From Antechinus flavipes (taxonomy: Eukaryota): 63,852 nucleotides of DNA. The notes under the pieces are model-generated. The model worked only from the letters and a program-made list of their open reading frames with translations, was not told the origin of the DNA and did not search any database. The stretch spans positions 616,652,149 to 616,716,000 of the forward strand of contig NC_067400.1 of assembly GCF_016432865.1 (NCBI RefSeq), given 5' to 3'. Position 1 is the stretch's first letter. Every line of letters starts with the position of its first letter. Of the stretch, positions 48,991-63,852 are shown one piece after another. Made by a program: the position numbers and the translations under genes.

Positions 48991-51174
48991 GGGTCACAAA
49001 AAGTCAGCCATTTTCTAATTTCTAAGAGCCTCCCTCCCAAGTTCAAACAACTAACATTTAGGTTCTAAGAAAGTTCCAAATCCTGAACCCAACAGATATG
49101 ACTCATTGCTCTTTGATGATGATATGTCAGTCAGTACTGTGGCTAGATTTTCTATCCCTATCTCTGTAAAAGATCTGAGGTTTTATTGGCCTGCATTTGT
49201 CATCCAAGTCAGCCAACCAAAACAGCAATTACTGGGCACCTACTCTGTCCAGCTTGTTGATGGACACTGGAGATAGAGACATAAATTGCAAGCCTCTGCA
49301 TTCAAGGAGTTTACATGCTATTAGGGGATGACTACATACATAAAACTAAATATAAAATATTGCTATAACTTTAGAATAGAAGGGCTAAGTCCGTCATAAA
49401 CATTACCTGTAATAGCCAACATCTATATAGTGTTTAAAGATGTGCAAAGTCATCTACAAATATCTTATTTGATCCTCATCAGAATCTCAAGGGGTAGATG
49501 CTGCTATTATCCACTTTGTTTCAATGATAAAGCTGAAGTCAAGGAATATTAAGGGATTTGCCGGGTTCCAACAGCTGCCCTCAGAAGCAGAATTCAAACT
49601 TCAGTTTTCCTGACCACAAATTCGACCTGTCCGGAAGCCCCCTAGCTGCCTCTAAATCCCCAAATAAATACAAGGTAATTGCAAGGGAAGCAGGGGAGGC
49701 AAATAGCAAAGAGAGGTTGGACGATCAGGAAAGTTCTCATGTAGGAAGTGGCATTTGAACTGAGTTTTGAAGGAATTGGCAATTCTAAGATGTGAGGGTG
49801 AGAAGAGAGGTATTTTAAGAGGTATTTTATCTTATTGCAAAGATAAGGAAGTATGAAACTCTTCAAGGCCAGTTTAAAGGGAAATTTTACATATTTTAGA
49901 TATACACAGAGATGTGTGTGTGTGTGTATATATATATACACACATGTGTGATTATATGTATATACACACACACTCAAACTATATATGACTGAATAGATAT
50001 CAGTGGTGTGATTAGTAGCCGAAAACCCCCCAAGAGTTCTTTGTGTCCCTCTGGGTGAGGCCTTGAGCCTCCTAATGACCCTCAGACAACTCCAGATTTC
50101 TAGTTGCAGAGCAGATGCCATTAAGCTTAGAAGAGGCAGTTCTCATGAGGAATTCACCTTATCAGTGAAATCACAAAATTGTTTTTAGGAGAGCGGTGTC
50201 CTGCTGTACTTTTGGCCAAACCTCAATTTGTCCTCTCGCTGCAATGGAAGGCACATTTTAGGAAAAGCAGAGGAAAGAACACAGGCTGTAGTCAGAGAAC
50301 CTGAATTCAGATCTCAATTCTGATGTTTTCTGCCCGAGTGACAGCCCTGGGGGGCCTGTTTCCTTTATAAAATGGAGTTTAACTAGAAAGCCTCTGGGGT
50401 CCTTTCCACCTTCAGATCCAGGGCCCTGATGGTGCAGAACAGTCAAGGGTCGAGTTAACATGCTGTCTTCTGAGGATAAGCTGAGGATTAGTGGGATGTC
50501 TCGCCCTCTCCAGGCACTTAAGAGTCATCTTAATCCCTGGAAGGCTCTTGACAAGACGAAGCATCAACTGAGAACGGACCAAACGCTTATTTTTATAGAC
50601 TTGCCTGTGGTCACAACACGGGACAGAGGCCCGATCTCAGGCCACATCCTCCTCTTCTCATCTGGTGCTCTTTCCGCAGTAACACGCTGCTTTACGTTTG
50701 CATAAACGCTCGCAGCAGCGGGTCCCGGCGGACAGAGAATTACCGAAGTGGGGAAGACCCGAGTTCGAGCCCATCCTCTGCCACTTACTGGCAGAGCCAC
50801 AGGGTGAGTCCCTTAACCTGTCTGCCTCAGTTTCCCAGTCTGTACGATGAGAATCCCAGCACCGCTTCCCGGGGTGGTTGTGAGGATCCAAAGAGATCAC
50901 ACCTGAGGCACGAATCCGCAGGCCTTCCAGCTCGCGGGAGTGACGACAGTCTGCCCAGAGGGCAGAAGTAGCTTGGGTTTAGCGCCGCCCCAGACCCCAG
51001 CGGGCTCGGCTGGGACTCCCCTACATTGCGGGTCTCGGACCCGAGGCGAGACGTCCAACCTTGGGATGCACTGGAAGAGATCTGCTGGAAGAGACGTCCT
51101 CGGATGCTTTTCTCTGGACCTTAGGAGGTCACTGGCCCGCGGAGACTAGGCGACTTGCGACTCCCATTAGAGCA

Positions 51175-51572
51175 ATTGGGAACAACCCAGACTTGTGCCA
51201 GACTACCGCCAGTTAAAGGAGAGCGCGTCTTTGTCTCCTCCAATCAGGACTCCTCAAGTTCGGGAGGCGTGCTCTTCGTAGAACCAATCAGAGTCACACC
51301 CTATGGGGGAGTGTCCAATAGTCCACAGGTAGGACCCGGGGGGTGGTAAGTAATGAGTCCCCTTGACGACTTGAATAGGCGTGGCTTCCCGGGAGCCAAT
51401 CCTCCTCGTGCCTCCGAAGGAGGCTGAAGGGGGCGTGTTCCCGCGTACGACGTCGGTGCCTCCCATTGGTCGCGGTCTCCGACTGCATTGGCGGGTTATT
51501 TCCGGAGGGGCGTGTCGTGGCGGGCACATTCGGCTTCCCGGGCCGCACAGGGTGCTCCGCAGGTCCGGGGCC
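51175..51572. promoter_or_regulatory. QPCTL CpG-island promoter with seven CCAAT boxes in both orientations
   Basis: CCAAT at 51240, 51284, 51315, 51396; ATTGG at 51175, 51465, 51487. Confidence 0.8.
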
Positions 51573-62838
<11,266 letters not shown>

Positions 62839-63049
62839 CCCTTGGACAACCCCAGAACCAGGCCAGTTCTGGGCTCCCGCCCTCGCGGGGCCCCAGAGCA
62901 CACGGACTGTCCCTTCCAGACAGTGGGGGGCAGGAACAGCCGGACTGTGACTCTCAGGGACTGATTACTCAAACGTGCTACTGTGAGAAAAACCTTCCTT
63001 TTTGTATTCTGGCTTCATTCGTTCGGTCTTAGGGGCCTGCCCTCGGCGA

Positions 63050-63450
63050 GCCGCCATTTATTGAGCACCTACTGGGTACCTGGCTCTGGGCTAGAGACTG
63101 GGGATACAAGGATGGGAAAAGAAAGCCCCTCACCTTCGTTGCAGGATACACACTTGTAAACAGATAAGTAAATCCCAGGTCATTTGCAGCCCTCAGAGAA
63201 GGAAAAGCAATCGTTCACAAGGCAGATGGAGTTACAGCTCTCAGGGTACCCCACTTAGAGGCATGAAGCCCCGAGTTCAAATCCTGACTCACACACTTTC
63301 TCTTGGTGTGACTCTGGGAGTCATTGGACTTGTCTGGGTCTCAGTTTCCTCATCTGTAAAGTGGGGATAATAACACTCTCACGTTCCACCCCCACCTCGT
63401 GGTTGTGGGGATCTTAGGAGGTGACCTTGGTACAAATGTGGAGTGCTGTG
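63050..63450. mobile_element. L2 3' fragment and MIR downstream of QPCTL
   Basis: ATTTATTGAGCACCTACT; TCTCAGTTTCCTCATCTGTAAAGTGGGGATAATAA. Confidence 0.65.
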
Positions 63451-63852
63451 TAAGCGCAGCAGGCTGATTGTTCCCGTTAGCCAGTCTGCGTGTGCCCGGG
63501 GCTCAGAACTGGCACTCGGGATCTAGATCGTCTGGATGCTCAGCCAGCTGTGATCTTTGATCCCCATCACGCCCATCTGACATCTGGGAAAAGCCTGGCT
63601 CGGGGGATTTGACTATGAACAGTATCCGCGTCCTCACTCACAGAACTGTCTGAGAGTTTCTCTCAGGAGCCTCTAAGGGAATCAGCCAGTTCCCGTTCCC
63701 AGGGGTCTCCTGCCCTGCTTGGGGCACAGCTGGGCATCCCTGGCAGCCATCAAGCCTGGCTGAGCCCATTTCCCTAAGGTGAAGCCCAGCATCCCCTCCA
63801 GATCAGGATTCACTGTGGGCAGGGGAGGAGAGGGCAGTCTTTACCTGGCACC

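Noticed and set aside
47500-51170. Search for SNRPD2 exons or any other gene between FBXO46 and QPCTL
   Set aside because: Only SINE/L2 fragments and unassignable short ORFs were seen.
63057-63062. Minus-strand AATAAA suggesting a convergent gene end
   Set aside because: Part of the L2 3'-end signature ATTTATTGAGCACCTACT.

Overview
This is mammalian genomic DNA, not prokaryotic. The repeat content (WSINE1-like and MAR1-like SINEs, an RTE fragment, marsupial-type L1) points to a marsupial; a dasyurid is my guess, not a demonstrated fact. The window is the myotonic dystrophy type 1 neighbourhood. It holds the 3' two-thirds of DMPK (+, exons 5-15), SIX5 (+, 3 exons), MEIOSIN/BHMG1 (-, bHLH and HMG box), FBXO46 (+, single coding exon) and QPCTL (+, 7 exons). 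I resolved the DMPK, SIX5 and QPCTL exons and the 3' MEIOSIN exons by splice site and reading phase. Main observations: (1) QPCTL lies in tandem with FBXO46 and its usual head-to-head partner SNRPD2 is not visible, unlike the human/mouse arrangement as I recall it. (2) DMPK has no 3'UTR CTG repeat, but its dual-frame last exon carries a C9orf72-type (GGCCCY)5 hexamer. (3) DMPK intron 14 has four CCAAT boxes and intron 12 appears to be GC-AG. (4) SIX5 intron 1 has seven copies of a CTG-CAG palindrome. (5) A ~10 kb nest of L1 and ORF1-only elements in a MEIOSIN intron includes a possible SINE-RPL7 chimeric retrocopy. (6) Several promoter-like cassettes have no obvious assigned gene. I see no CRISPR array, rRNA or true tRNA. 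All human/mouse comparisons are from memory and need alignment to confirm. I found no wholly new gene family; the novelty is lineage-specific rearrangement, repeats and regulatory architecture.
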